64,000 bases of DNA from Gammaproteobacteria bacterium (GCA_965116495.1 OZ220696.1:928001-992000), one strand, 5' to 3'. Shown: positions 51,060-61,155, counted from the stretch's first letter. The notes: generated from the letters alone by a model not told the origin. Program-made: numbers and translations.

Positions 51060-51374
51060 CTACCATTCCTCTTCTGGCTGCAACAATGCGTCTTCCGGTT
51101 CCCAGATATCTTCCGGATTCCAGGGACACCCTTGTATTCGCTCCCACTGCTGTTCCGCTTCCCATTGCGCCCGATGTTGTGCTTTCCATTCCTCCTCTTC
51201 CTGCTCCCACCGCTGTTCCGCTTCCCATTTCTCCTGCTCCCACTCCGCCCGCTCCTTTCGTTCCTGTTCCCACTCCCATTGCAGCCACTTTTCTTCTCGC
51301 ATCCACCGCTGCTCCCATTCCCATTGCTCCAGTCGCAGTTTCCACAATGCTTTGTTTTCGTTGTGAGATACCAT
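51060..51374 (-). CDS. Possible Trp/Glu/Gln-rich low-complexity peptide
   Basis: AAGGG before ATG; repeated WEQ/WEAEQ units; coding status uncertain. Confidence 0.35.
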   Translation of the reverse strand: MVSHNENKALWKLRLEQWEWEQRWMREEKWLQWEWEQERKERAEWEQEKWEAEQRWEQEEEEWKAQHRAQWEAEQQWERIQGCPWNPEDIWEPEDALLQPEEEW

Positions 51375-51452
51375 CGGATTTTTCCCTTAAGAGGAGATCA
51401 GAAAAACTCTATCATGAATTCCTACCATAGATGACTAATGATTGTAGGCGGT

Positions 51453-51590
51453 GTCCTGCTGCTGTTCGATATGCACAACGACCCGCAGGAGCGTTACAGC
51501 CTGGCGGGGCACAGGCCCGACAAGTGGCAGAAGTTACAGGCTTACATGAAGCGCGGGCAACGGGAACTTGAAGCGCCGGAACATCAATAG
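51453..51590 (+). pseudogene. 3' end of a second sulfatase paralogue
   Basis: VLLLFDMHNDPQERYSLAGHRPDKWQKLQAY aligns without gaps to 44991-45112. Confidence 0.8.
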
Positions 51591-51604
51591 ATGCCGGCCA
51601 GAGC

Positions 51605-51904
51605 CTACTTGTTTTCAGCTGTCCGCTTACGCTCCATAGCAGCTTGCAGACATTTTTCCCGCTCCGCCGGCCCTCGATGAACTTGACCTGGATTTGGCTT
51701 GTATCCCTTCAAATGAGTATAATAATCAAACTCGGGTTCTTTGGTAGCATTCGTCCGGCAACCATCCTTGTTCCGGGCAATACGTTCCATGGCAGCCTGC
51801 AAACGTTTTTCACGCTCAGCTTTTCCATGAATTTTGCGCGGGTCCAGATCGTGCTTGTCGAAATAAGCGTTATAATCAAATTCCGGATCTTCGGTAGTAC
51901 TCAT
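51605..51904 (-). CDS. Putative antitoxin partner of BrnT with internal duplication
   Basis: PEFDY...AEREK.LQAAMER occurs twice; overlaps brnT 3' end. Confidence 0.6.
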   Translation of the reverse strand: MSTTEDPEFDYNAYFDKHDLDPRKIHGKAEREKRLQAAMERIARNKDGCRTNATKEPEFDYYTHLKGYKPNPGQVHRGPAEREKCLQAAMERKRTAENK

Positions 51905-52160
51905 CAAGCGACCTCCCTGCTGCATCAAATGCAGTAATCAATCGATAAATCGGTAAATCTTCATCGGAATAGATAATGGCCAATATCCGGTCCCCGGCTG
52001 TTGCCCCTATCCACATCCACCGTCCGGCAGGCCCCTCTAGGTCGATATACCCACATCCATTCGGATCATCGAATGCAGATACAACCTCGTAAAACTGAAC
52101 CCTATGTTTTCGCTGAACTTCCCTGTACTTGTCAGTGTCCCATATAAATCCGATATCCAT
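51876..52160 (-). CDS. brnT: BrnT family toxin
   Basis: FIWD..K....KH.V.F.E....FDDP...RW..IG...RLITA. Confidence 0.75.
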   Translation of the reverse strand: MDIGFIWDTDKYREVQRKHRVQFYEVVSAFDDPNGCGYIDLEGPAGRWMWIGATAGDRILAIIYSDEDLPIYRLITAFDAAGRSLDEYYRRSGI

Positions 52161-52243
52161 GTGGCAACCTCCATGTTAAATATACTCGCGATTGTATCCG
52201 GATTTACCGGAATTGCAATAAGTAAGTCACCGCAGCCTGTCCC

Positions 52244-55200
52244 TTACATACTGCGCCGGTACTGGCCGCCGGTGGCGAAGAAGGCGTCGGTCAGTTGGCC
52301 CAGGGAACAATAGCGCACCGCATCCATGAGTTCCGCAAATACGTTCTCGTTGTTGATGACCGCGCTGCGGATACGCTGCAGGGCCGCGTCTGCCTCATCC
52401 CTGTTGTTTTCTTCGAACTCCCTCAGGCGCCGTAGCTGGCTCTGCTTTTCCTCCTCCGTGGAGCGGCTCAGCAGTGTGCCGGAATTCTCTTCCTCAGCAG
52501 GGTTGAGGAAAGTGTTGACCCCGACAACGGGGTAACTGCCGTCATGTTTCCTGTGCTCGTAATAAAGTGATTCGTCCTGGATCCTGCCGCGCTGGTAACC
52601 GGTTTCCATGGCGCCGAGCACCCCGCCGCGCTCGGAGATGCGTTCAAACTCCTGTAGTACAGCCTCTTCCACCAGGTCGGTCAGTTCCTCGATGATAAAG
52701 GACCCCTGGCCGGGATTCTCGTTCGTGGCCAGGCCCCATTCCTTGTTGATGATCAGCTGGATCGCCAGGGCGCGCCGCACTGATTCCTCCGTAGGCGTGG
52801 TAACTGCCTCGTCGAAGGCATTGGTGTGCAGGCTGTTGCAGTTGTCATATACGGCTATCAAGGCCTGCAAGGTGGTGCGGATATCATTGAATGCCATTTC
52901 CCGGGCATGCAGGGAGCGCCCGGAGGTCTGGATATGGTATTTCAGCTTCTGGCTGCGTTCAGCGGCGCCGTATCTGTCGCGCATGGCAACCGCCCAGATG
53001 CGTCGCGCCACCCTGCCCAGTACCGTGTACTCGGGGTCCATGCCATTGGAAAAGAAGAACGACAGGTTGGGGGCAAAATCATCGACGTGCATGCCCCGGG
53101 CCAGGTAGGCTTCGACGAAGGTAAAACCGTTCGCCAGGGTGAACGCCAGTTGTGAGATGGGGTTGGCCCCGGCTTCGGCAATGTGGTAGCCGGATATGGA
53201 GACCGAATAAAAATTGCGGATATTGTTATCGATGAAGTACTGCTGTATGTCCCCCATCATGCGCAGGCTGAAATCCGTGGAGAAAATACAGGTATTCTGG
53301 CCCTGGTCTTCTTTCAGGATATCGGCCTGCACGGTGCCGCGTACGTTTTCCAGGGTGTCCGACCTGATCCCGACAGCTTCTTCGGCATCCGGATCCCGTT
53401 TATGTTCCTCCCTGAATCGTTCCACCTGCTGGTCGATCGCGGTATTCAGGAAAAACGCCAGGATCGCCGGCGCCGGGCCGTTTATGGTCATGGAGACGGA
53501 TGTATCGGGGTCGCACAGGTCGAAACCGTCGTACAAGGCTTTCATATCGTCCAGGGTGGCGATGGAAACACCGGAATTGCCGACCTTGCCGTAGATATCC
53601 GGCCGCTCGTCAGGGTTAAAGCCGTACAGGGTGACCGAATCGAACGCCGTGGACAGGCGTTTGGCGCTTGAGTGTTCCGACAGTTTTTTGAAGCGCCGGT
53701 TGGTCTTGAACGGGTCGCCTTCCCCGGCAAACATGCGGGTCGGGTCCTCATTTTCCCGCTTGAACGGGAATACGCCCGCGGTATAGGGGAAATAACCCGG
53801 CAGGTTTTCCCGCATCAGCCAGCTTAGCAGTTCACCATGGTCGGAATAACGCGGCAGCATGACCCTGGGAACCTCCGTGCCTGACAGTGTCGTGAACGTG
53901 GTTTTTGTCCTGATCTCCCGGTCCCGTACCTGCATGACGAATTCATCACCCTGGTATTGCTGCTTCAGCGCCGGCCAGCGCGCCAGCAATTCCCTGCTGT
54001 ACGGGTCCAGAATGCCCTCTTTTTGCTCCGCCAGTTGCGCCAGTGCAGCGCCCGTCTCCTGGCCAATCCCGTTACCGGCAGCCTGCAGCATGGCCATACT
54101 GGCCTGTAACTGCTGGCGCTCCCGCGCCGCGCCTGCCTGGTCCGTCGCATGCCGGTGGTACTCCCTGACTGCAGCCGCTATTTCTCCCAGGTAACGCGTC
54201 CGCTGCGGCGGAACGATTACGGAGCGTTCCCCGGACGTTTTCTCCCTGACAACGGGCAGTACGCTTTCATAGTCAGGCAGGCCTTTTGCTTTCAGGACCG
54301 GCAACAGACCTTGGTAAAGCGCAGTAACGCCCGAATCGTTGTATTTCGCGGCGATTGTGCCGTAAACCGGCATATCGTCCGGGGATTCGGTAAACTGCCG
54401 GCGGTTGCGTTGCAGTTGTTTTGCCACATCCCGCCTGGCATCTTCCGCACCCTTGCGCTCAAACTTGTTGATGGCGACGGCCTCGGCAAAATCCAGCATG
54501 TCGATTTTTTCCAGTTGGCTGGCGGCGCCGAATTCCGGCGTCATCACGTACAGGGGAACGTCCACCAGGGGCACAATCCCGGCATCACCCTGGCCGATAC
54601 CCGGTGTTTCGACAATGATCAAGTCAAACCCCGACACTTTCACCGCATTCAGAACATCAGGCATATATTCCGGGATTTCCGTCGCCGCGGAACGCGTGGC
54701 AAGGGAACGCATAAAAACGGAATCGTGGTAGATCGCATTCATCCGGATCCGGTCGCCAAGCAGAGCGCCACCCGTTTTCCTGCGGGTAGGATCTATCGCG
54801 ATAATGCCGATTTTCAGACTGTCCCTGCTGTCCAGGCGCATGCGCAGAATGATTTCATCAGTAAGGGAGGACTTGCCCGCCCCACCGGTGCCGGTAATAC
54901 CCAGTACAGGCGTTGCCGCGCCCCGGTCAAGCGCCCGCTCTGTCAAATCAGCCGTGATTTCCGGGGTCAACACACCATTCTCTATATCGCTGATTATCCT
55001 GGATAAAACAATTCTATCGCCGAATTGCAGCTGATCTACTGTACATTCTGATGTACAGTTAAGATTGACGCGGCAGGTCTCGAGCATGTCATCGATCATT
55101 CCCTGCAATCCCAGGTCATGTCCGTCCTCCGGAGAATAGATCCTGGCTACTCCATAGTCATGCAACTCCCTTATTTCATCAGGGGTGATGACACCGCCTC

Positions 55201-55498
55201 CGCCGCCGAACACGCGGATATGTCCGGCGCCATGGTCACGGAGCATGTCTATCATGTATTTGAAATATTCCAAATGCCCTCCCTGGTATGAACTGAGGGC
55301 AATTCCCTGCACGTCTTCCTGCAGCGCCGTGGTGATTATCTCGTGCACCGAACGGTTATGACCCAGGTGTACCACCTCCGCGCCGGATTGTTGCAGGATG
55401 CGCCGGATAATGTTGATCGCGGCATCATGGCCGTCGAACAGGCTGGCTGCCGTGACAAAACGTGTTACCGACCCGGTACGCTTGGTTTCTGTTGACAT
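52244..55498 (-). CDS. icmF: Fused isobutyryl-CoA mutase/MeaB-like GTPase
   Basis: FDGHD B12 motif, GTGGAGKSS P-loop, TRMFAGEG, HIQTSGRSL. Confidence 0.95.
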   Translation of the reverse strand: MSTETKRTGSVTRFVTAASLFDGHDAAINIIRRILQQSGAEVVHLGHNRSVHEIITTALQEDVQGIALSSYQGGHLEYFKYMIDMLRDHGAGHIRVFGGGGGVITPDEIRELHDYGVARIYSPEDGHDLGLQGMIDDMLETCRVNLNCTSECTVDQLQFGDRIVLSRIISDIENGVLTPEITADLTERALDRGAATPVLGITGTGGAGKSSLTDEIILRMRLDSRDSLKIGIIAIDPTRRKTGGALLGDRIRMNAIYHDSVFMRSLATRSAATEIPEYMPDVLNAVKVSGFDLIIVETPGIGQGDAGIVPLVDVPLYVMTPEFGAASQLEKIDMLDFAEAVAINKFERKGAEDARRDVAKQLQRNRRQFTESPDDMPVYGTIAAKYNDSGVTALYQGLLPVLKAKGLPDYESVLPVVREKTSGERSVIVPPQRTRYLGEIAAAVREYHRHATDQAGAARERQQLQASMAMLQAAGNGIGQETGAALAQLAEQKEGILDPYSRELLARWPALKQQYQGDEFVMQVRDREIRTKTTFTTLSGTEVPRVMLPRYSDHGELLSWLMRENLPGYFPYTAGVFPFKRENEDPTRMFAGEGDPFKTNRRFKKLSEHSSAKRLSTAFDSVTLYGFNPDERPDIYGKVGNSGVSIATLDDMKALYDGFDLCDPDTSVSMTINGPAPAILAFFLNTAIDQQVERFREEHKRDPDAEEAVGIRSDTLENVRGTVQADILKEDQGQNTCIFSTDFSLRMMGDIQQYFIDNNIRNFYSVSISGYHIAEAGANPISQLAFTLANGFTFVEAYLARGMHVDDFAPNLSFFFSNGMDPEYTVLGRVARRIWAVAMRDRYGAAERSQKLKYHIQTSGRSLHAREMAFNDIRTTLQALIAVYDNCNSLHTNAFDEAVTTPTEESVRRALAIQLIINKEWGLATNENPGQGSFIIEELTDLVEEAVLQEFERISERGGVLGAMETGYQRGRIQDESLYYEHRKHDGSYPVVGVNTFLNPAEEENSGTLLSRSTEEEKQSQLRRLREFEENNRDEADAALQRIRSAVINNENVFAELMDAVRYCSLGQLTDAFFATGGQYRRSM

Positions 55499-55540
55499 AT
55501 CTCCCAGTTTTATTTGTCCCAGATCCATAAATATATTATA

Positions 55541-55562
55541 TTGACGTTTACGTAAACGTCAA
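55541..55562. promoter_or_regulatory. LiuR-type operator between divergent icmF and liuR
   Basis: Perfect 22-bp palindrome ttgacgtttacgtaaacgtcaa. Confidence 0.8.
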
Positions 55563-55598
55563 TTAAAACTTTTATCGACGCACCGATCTCGGGAAATT

Positions 55599-56024
55599 AT
55601 GGCAATACAAGGCATAAAGAAAGATATTTCAACAGGTTATAGAAGAAAGCTATATACCATATCAGAATTGTCAAAGGAATTTGACGTCACAACCCGCGCC
55701 ATCAGGTTCTATGAAGATGCCGGTCTGCTGTCTCCGCTAAGAGAAGGACGTAGCCGCCTGTATTCGGTCCGTGACCGCACCCGTCTGAAGTTGATCCTGC
55801 GGGGAAAACGGCTGGGGTTCTCCCTGAACGAGATCGGAGAGATGTTCCTGCTGTACGATTCCGAACCGGGTGAGGAAGCCCAGTTAAACCACATACTGGA
55901 AAAAATCAGTGAAAAGATCGACCTCCTGGAAAGGCAACTGGAGGACATACAGATCGTCATGCAGGAATTACAGGAATTCAAGTCACAATGCCGGGAACGG
56001 CTTGAGCAAATGATCAGCAAATGA
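55599..56024 (+). CDS. liuR: MerR-family regulator LiuR
   Basis: YTISEL..EFDVTTRAIRFYE...RDRTRLKLILRGKRLGFSL. Confidence 0.85.
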   Translation: MAIQGIKKDISTGYRRKLYTISELSKEFDVTTRAIRFYEDAGLLSPLREGRSRLYSVRDRTRLKLILRGKRLGFSLNEIGEMFLLYDSEPGEEAQLNHILEKISEKIDLLERQLEDIQIVMQELQEFKSQCRERLEQMISK

Positions 56025-56057
56025 CAGTATAATCAGGCCGGGGGTATTTACTTCAGA

Positions 56058-57695
56058 ATGAGAGATAACGACTACAACATGCAGGACTACCAGGAAACGT
56101 ATTCCTCGTTTCAATGGGACCGTCCTGAAAAATACAATTTTGCCCGTGACGTAATTGACCGCTGGGACCCGTCCAAGGCAGCCCTGTTCTGGGTCGACGA
56201 CGCGGGTACCGAGACCGGCAAAACCTTTGGTGAGATCAGCGAGGCGTCAAAACGGTTATGCAACGTGCTGACCGCTGCAGGGGTCAGCAAAGGTGATACG
56301 GTCATCGTGATGCTGCCCAGGGTGATCCCCTGGTGGGAGACATTTACCGCCACGCTGCGCATGGGCGCGGTGATATCACCGGGAACCGTGCAGCTTTCCG
56401 AAAAAGACCTGGAATACCGCATCAACGCGGCAGCGGCCACCTGCGTCATTACGGACAGCGCCAATGCGGCCAAGGTGGATGCAGTGCTCGGCAAGTGCCC
56501 TACCCTGGCGGCGCGCATTGTCACGGACGGACAGCGGGCCGGCTGGATCGATTACCGCCAGGCCGTGGCGGCGGCTACGCCCGATTATGAGGCTGCAGAC
56601 ACAGGCGCTGACGACGAGGCCATCTGCTACTTCACCTCGGGCACGACGGGTTACCCCAAGATGTGCATCCACACCCACGACTACGCGCTAGGCCACCGCA
56701 TTACCGGCGAGTTGTGGCTGGACCTGAAACCCGGGGACCTGCACTGGAACGTCAGCGATACCGGTTGGGGTAAGGCCGCCTATAGCAGTTATTTCGGCCC
56801 ATGGCTGTGCGGGACCACGTTGTTCATCCATCATACCTCCGGTTTCAACCCGCAACAGACCCTGGAACTCCTGGCAAAATACCCGGTTACCACTTTTTGC
56901 GGTGCGCCGACCATCTACCGCATGCTGGTGCTGGAGGATCTCAGCCGTTACCGGTTCAAGACGCTGAGACACTGCACCGGGGCGGGCGAACCGCTCAACC
57001 CCGAGATTATCGATACCTGGAAAAAAGCAACCGGTCTGACCATCCGGGACGGCTTCGGACAGACCGAAACCGTGATCCTGTGCGCCAGTTTCCCCTGTAT
57101 CGAACCCAGGGCCGGATCCATGGGTAAACCGGCGCCGGGCATCGACCTGCAGGTCATCGACGATGAAGGAAACATCGCAGGGCCGGATGCGGAAGGGGAT
57201 ATTGCCGTGCGCATCAGGCCGCAACCACCCCAGGGATTTTTCCGCGAGTATCGCAACGACCCCGAACGTACGGCCGCCACCCGCCGGGGCGACTGGTACG
57301 TCACCGGCGACCGCGCCTACCGGGATGAAGACGGCTATTTCTGGTTCGTCAGCCGCGCCGATGACGTAATCCTGTCGGCGGGCTACCGGATCGGGCCCTT
57401 TGAGGTGGAAAGCGCCCTGATTGAACATCCGGCCGTCGCAGAGTCGGCAGTGGTCTCCAGCCCGGATGAAACCCGCGGCGAGGTGGTCAAGGCGTTTGTG
57501 GTGCTGGCCCCCGGATATGCCGCGTCCGATGACCTGAAACGGGAACTCCAGGACCATGTGAAACGGGTAACGGCGCCCTACAAGTACCCGCGCAGGATAG
57601 ATTTCATCGATGCCTTGCCCAAGACCGTCAGCGGCAAAATCCGCCGGGTGGAGTTGCGCGCGGGGGAGCGGCAAAATAAAGACCCGGATGCATGA
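56058..57695 (+). CDS. Medium-chain acyl-CoA synthetase (ACSM-like)
   Basis: YNFARDVID, YFTSGTTGYPKM, GFGQTET, TAPYKYPR. Confidence 0.9.
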   Translation: MRDNDYNMQDYQETYSSFQWDRPEKYNFARDVIDRWDPSKAALFWVDDAGTETGKTFGEISEASKRLCNVLTAAGVSKGDTVIVMLPRVIPWWETFTATLRMGAVISPGTVQLSEKDLEYRINAAAATCVITDSANAAKVDAVLGKCPTLAARIVTDGQRAGWIDYRQAVAAATPDYEAADTGADDEAICYFTSGTTGYPKMCIHTHDYALGHRITGELWLDLKPGDLHWNVSDTGWGKAAYSSYFGPWLCGTTLFIHHTSGFNPQQTLELLAKYPVTTFCGAPTIYRMLVLEDLSRYRFKTLRHCTGAGEPLNPEIIDTWKKATGLTIRDGFGQTETVILCASFPCIEPRAGSMGKPAPGIDLQVIDDEGNIAGPDAEGDIAVRIRPQPPQGFFREYRNDPERTAATRRGDWYVTGDRAYRDEDGYFWFVSRADDVILSAGYRIGPFEVESALIEHPAVAESAVVSSPDETRGEVVKAFVVLAPGYAASDDLKRELQDHVKRVTAPYKYPRRIDFIDALPKTVSGKIRRVELRAGERQNKDPDA

Positions 57696-58162
57696 CGAAC
57701 ATTAGCACACGAGAGGCAACCCGCGCAGACATAAAACATATCGCTGAGTTCCAGCGTGCGATGGCGCTGGAGACCGAAAGCAGAACGCTGGATGCAGCGA
57801 TGCTGAAACAGGGTGTATCCGCCGTGTTCGATGCGCCGCATAAGGGCTGCTACATCGTGGCGGACGTGAATGCTGATGAAGAAAGCGCCGCACGGGTCGC
57901 GGGAAGCCTGCTGATCACCTATGAGTGGAGCGATTGGAATAACGCAACTTATTACTGGATTCAAAGTGTGTATGTAGATAGCGCCTGGCGCGGTAAAGGC
58001 GTCTATCGGGCTTTATTCGAGCATGTGCTATCCATCGCAACGACGCGCGGCGACAGCTGCGGCCTACGTCTCTATGTGGAGCGCACCAACACCATTGCGC
58101 AACGGGCTTACACCAGCCTCGGCATGCACAAATCCCCCTACGACCTGTACGAAAAGCGCTGA
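57692..58162 (+). CDS. GNAT acetyltransferase
   Basis: TYEWSDW, WIQSVYV...RGKGVY, LYVE..N..AQ. Confidence 0.88.
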   Translation: MTNISTREATRADIKHIAEFQRAMALETESRTLDAAMLKQGVSAVFDAPHKGCYIVADVNADEESAARVAGSLLITYEWSDWNNATYYWIQSVYVDSAWRGKGVYRALFEHVLSIATTRGDSCGLRLYVERTNTIAQRAYTSLGMHKSPYDLYEKR

Positions 58163-58255
58163 GCAAACTATCCGTACAGTTTGAAACCTTTTACGCCCGG
58201 TATGGACGAGTCGCGTTAGGCGGCTCGATTTAATTTGTTATACTGGTTCAAGCCC

Positions 58256-59743
58256 ATGCAAACACTGCCTGTCGATAATGCCGCCCTGGAAAACAGGGAG
58301 GCCTTGATCACAGAACTCAGGACAATTCTCCCCGATGAGTGCGTGATTGTCGATGAGGGGGCTTTGCGCGTCTACGAGACCGATGCCCTGACCGCGTACC
58401 GGCAGGTGCCCATGCTGGTCGTATTACCGGAAACGACGGCCCAGGTCGCTGCCGTATTGAAGCTGTGCAGCCGCATGAATATCAAGGTCGTACCCAGGGG
58501 CGCAGGCACATCCCTGTCCGGCGGCGCCCTGCCCCTGGCCGACGGGATCGTACTGGGGCTGGGTAAATTCAACAGGATACTCGAGGTGGATTTCGCCAAC
58601 CGTTGCGTGGTCGCGCAATCAGGCGTGACCAACCTGGCGATCACCGAGGCGGTGAAACACAAGGGCTTCTATTACGCCCCCGATCCCTCCAGCCAGATCG
58701 TCTGCACCATCGGCGGTAACGTCAGTGAAAACTCGGGCGGCGTGCATTGCCTCAAGTACGGCCTGACCACGAACAACGTCATGGGGATTGAAATGGTGAC
58801 CATGGAAGGAGAGATACTGCGCCTGGGCGGAAAGTATCTCGACCCCGCCGGGTACGACATGCTGGGCATAGTGACCGGTTCGGAAGGATTGCTGGGGGTC
58901 ATCACGGAGGTAACGGTAAGGATCCTGCAGGAACCGCAGACGGCGAAGGCCATGCTGCTCGGGTTTCCCGACAATGAAAGCGCGGGTGAGTGTGTAGCCG
59001 GGATAATCAGCGCGGGCATTATCCCCGCCGGTATAGAGATGATGGACGAATTTGCCATCAAGGCGGCAGAGGATTTTGTCCATGCAGGTTATCCCGTCGA
59101 CTGCCCTGCCCTGGTGCTCACGGAACTGGACGGGCCTGAAGGAGAAGTGACCGAACTGATCGAACAGGTCCGCAGAATTGCCGAAAGTTGCCGGGCAAGC
59201 TTTATCAGGGTCAGCGAATCAGAGGAAGAACGCGTGCGCATCTGGGCCGGAAGAAAAGCGGCCTTTCCGGCGCTGGGGGATATTTCTCCTGATTACTACT
59301 GTATGGACGGCACCATCCCGCGCCGGGAACTCTCCCACGTACTGACCCGGATCAGGGAAATGTCGGACAAGTACGGATTGAAGGTAGCGAACGTATTTCA
59401 TGCCGGCGACGGCAACCTGCACCCGCTGATCCTGTTTGATGCGAACGATCCGGAGGAACTGGAAAAAGCCGAACAGTTCGGTGCGGATATCCTGCGCCTG
59501 TGCGTGGACGTCGGTGGCGTCCTGTCCGGTGAACACGGTATCGGCTTTGAGAAAAAAGAACTCATGCCCGCGATGTTCAATGAACAGGACCTGCAGCAGC
59601 AACAGCGCATCAAGTGCGTCTTTGACCCGGAAGGCCAATTGAACCCGGGCAAGGTATTCCCGGTCCTGCACCGCTGCGCGGAACTGGGCAAACTGCACGT
59701 GCACAAAGGCAAAGTCCCCTTCCCCGACATACCCAGGTTTTAA
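58256..59743 (+). CDS. glcD: Glycolate oxidase subunit D
   Basis: PRGAGTSLSGG, YAPDPSSQ, HAGDGNLHP, GEHGIG. Confidence 0.93.
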   Translation: MQTLPVDNAALENREALITELRTILPDECVIVDEGALRVYETDALTAYRQVPMLVVLPETTAQVAAVLKLCSRMNIKVVPRGAGTSLSGGALPLADGIVLGLGKFNRILEVDFANRCVVAQSGVTNLAITEAVKHKGFYYAPDPSSQIVCTIGGNVSENSGGVHCLKYGLTTNNVMGIEMVTMEGEILRLGGKYLDPAGYDMLGIVTGSEGLLGVITEVTVRILQEPQTAKAMLLGFPDNESAGECVAGIISAGIIPAGIEMMDEFAIKAAEDFVHAGYPVDCPALVLTELDGPEGEVTELIEQVRRIAESCRASFIRVSESEEERVRIWAGRKAAFPALGDISPDYYCMDGTIPRRELSHVLTRIREMSDKYGLKVANVFHAGDGNLHPLILFDANDPEELEKAEQFGADILRLCVDVGGVLSGEHGIGFEKKELMPAMFNEQDLQQQQRIKCVFDPEGQLNPGKVFPVLHRCAELGKLHVHKGKVPFPDIPRF

Positions 59744-59886
59744 TTATCCGCAGATGACGCAGATTAACGCAGATTATTTTTTATTTGTTGATTCGGTGTT
59801 AAAACAGATCATCGTGCTTTCAGAAAAAAACAATATAAATAAGAAACATCATTTCATCTGCGTTAATCTGCGTCATCTGCGGATAA
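59744..59886. repeat. Perfect 31-bp inverted repeat of CGCAGAT units around an AT-rich spacer
   Basis: ttatccgcagatgacgcagattaacgcagat (59744-59774) and its reverse complement (59856-59886). Confidence 0.85.
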
Positions 59887-59887
59887 C

Positions 59888-61153
59888 ATGAGTAACGAAC
59901 GTTTTTTACCGGAATCGGAACAGCAGGCCCTGGAACTGGTCCGCTGGGCCGTCGCCGAGGGCAGGACTGTTTCGGTCCAGGGAAAAAACACGAAACACGG
60001 TTTCGGCCTGCCGGTCAGCGCGGATTGCACCCTGTCCCTCGGGAAGCTCAGCGGGATACTGGAATACCACCCGGAGGAACTGGTCATGACCGCCTTGCCG
60101 GGTACGCCGATGGCCGAAATACGTGAAGCATTAACAAAACACAACCAGCATCTCGCGTTTGAGCCGCCGGCATTGAACAGGCTGTACCAGACGGAGGATG
60201 AAGGCACTATCGGCGGAAGTTTCATCGGTAACCTGGCCGGCCCGCGGCGTTTCAAATCGGGTAGTGCGCGGGACCATATCCTGGGTGTCAGGGCGATCAA
60301 CGGGCGCGGCGAGACCTGGAAATCCGGCGGCAAGGTCATAAAAAATGTCAGCGGGTATGACATGAGCAAACTGCTTACCGGTTCCTGGGGCACGCTGTCC
60401 GTGGTCACTGAATTGACGTTTAAAGTCCTGCCGGCGCCGCCGGTAACCCGGAGTCTGGCCGTATGGGGGCTGTCAGCAAGGCTGGGAACGGCCTTGATGG
60501 CGCAGGTCATCTCCACCCCCTGCGAAACATCCGGCCTGGCGTACCTGCCCGAAGCGGCGCTGACGGCAATCGGACGGGACGGCGCCTCTTTCCCCGGTAA
60601 AACGCTGACGCTGATAAGACTGGAAGGAACGGAGTTGTCCGTAAAGGAGCGTTCGCAAAACATCACCGGGTGGCTGCCCGGCGCGTGTGAATACAGCGTC
60701 CTCGATCAGGCAGCGTCGATTGCAGCCTGGTCATTGATCGGAAACACGGCGCCGTTACAGGACGCACAACGCACCCCTGGCATCCTGAAACTATCACTCC
60801 CTCCGGCATCGGCCTGGAACCTGGTCCGTTTCATCGACGAACTGCGCGGCTGCACCTGGTACCTGGATGCTGCAGGGGGCTGGTTATGGGTGGGCATCTG
60901 CCAGGCCGGGATGACAGATAAAATACACGCCATAAGCCGGGAGGTTAATACTGCCGGCGGCGCCACGACCATTTATCGCGCCCCCTCCGCGGTGAAACAG
61001 GATACCGGTATTTATCCGCTCCCCGGCGAATCTATCAAACGCCTGAATGAAAAGATAAAAAACAGCTTCGACCCGGGCAATATCTTCAACCCCGGCCGCC
61101 TCATTTCATGTGATTCCCCCGCCCCGGCTTTGGCAGGGACAGGCACGATTTAA
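59888..61153 (+). CDS. glcE: Glycolate oxidase subunit E
   Basis: GILEYHPEEL, LAFEPP, GGKVIKNVSGYD, FDPGNIFNPGR. Confidence 0.92.
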   Translation: MSNERFLPESEQQALELVRWAVAEGRTVSVQGKNTKHGFGLPVSADCTLSLGKLSGILEYHPEELVMTALPGTPMAEIREALTKHNQHLAFEPPALNRLYQTEDEGTIGGSFIGNLAGPRRFKSGSARDHILGVRAINGRGETWKSGGKVIKNVSGYDMSKLLTGSWGTLSVVTELTFKVLPAPPVTRSLAVWGLSARLGTALMAQVISTPCETSGLAYLPEAALTAIGRDGASFPGKTLTLIRLEGTELSVKERSQNITGWLPGACEYSVLDQAASIAAWSLIGNTAPLQDAQRTPGILKLSLPPASAWNLVRFIDELRGCTWYLDAAGGWLWVGICQAGMTDKIHAISREVNTAGGATTIYRAPSAVKQDTGIYPLPGESIKRLNEKIKNSFDPGNIFNPGRLISCDSPAPALAGTGTI

Positions 61154-61155
61154 CA

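Noticed and set aside
51016-51434. CRISPR array
   Set aside because: Repeats are short and degenerate with no constant repeat-spacer period; no cas genes.
44991-51574. Recent target-site duplication
   Set aside because: Copies are too diverged and conserved at protein level, so they are paralogous coding sequence.
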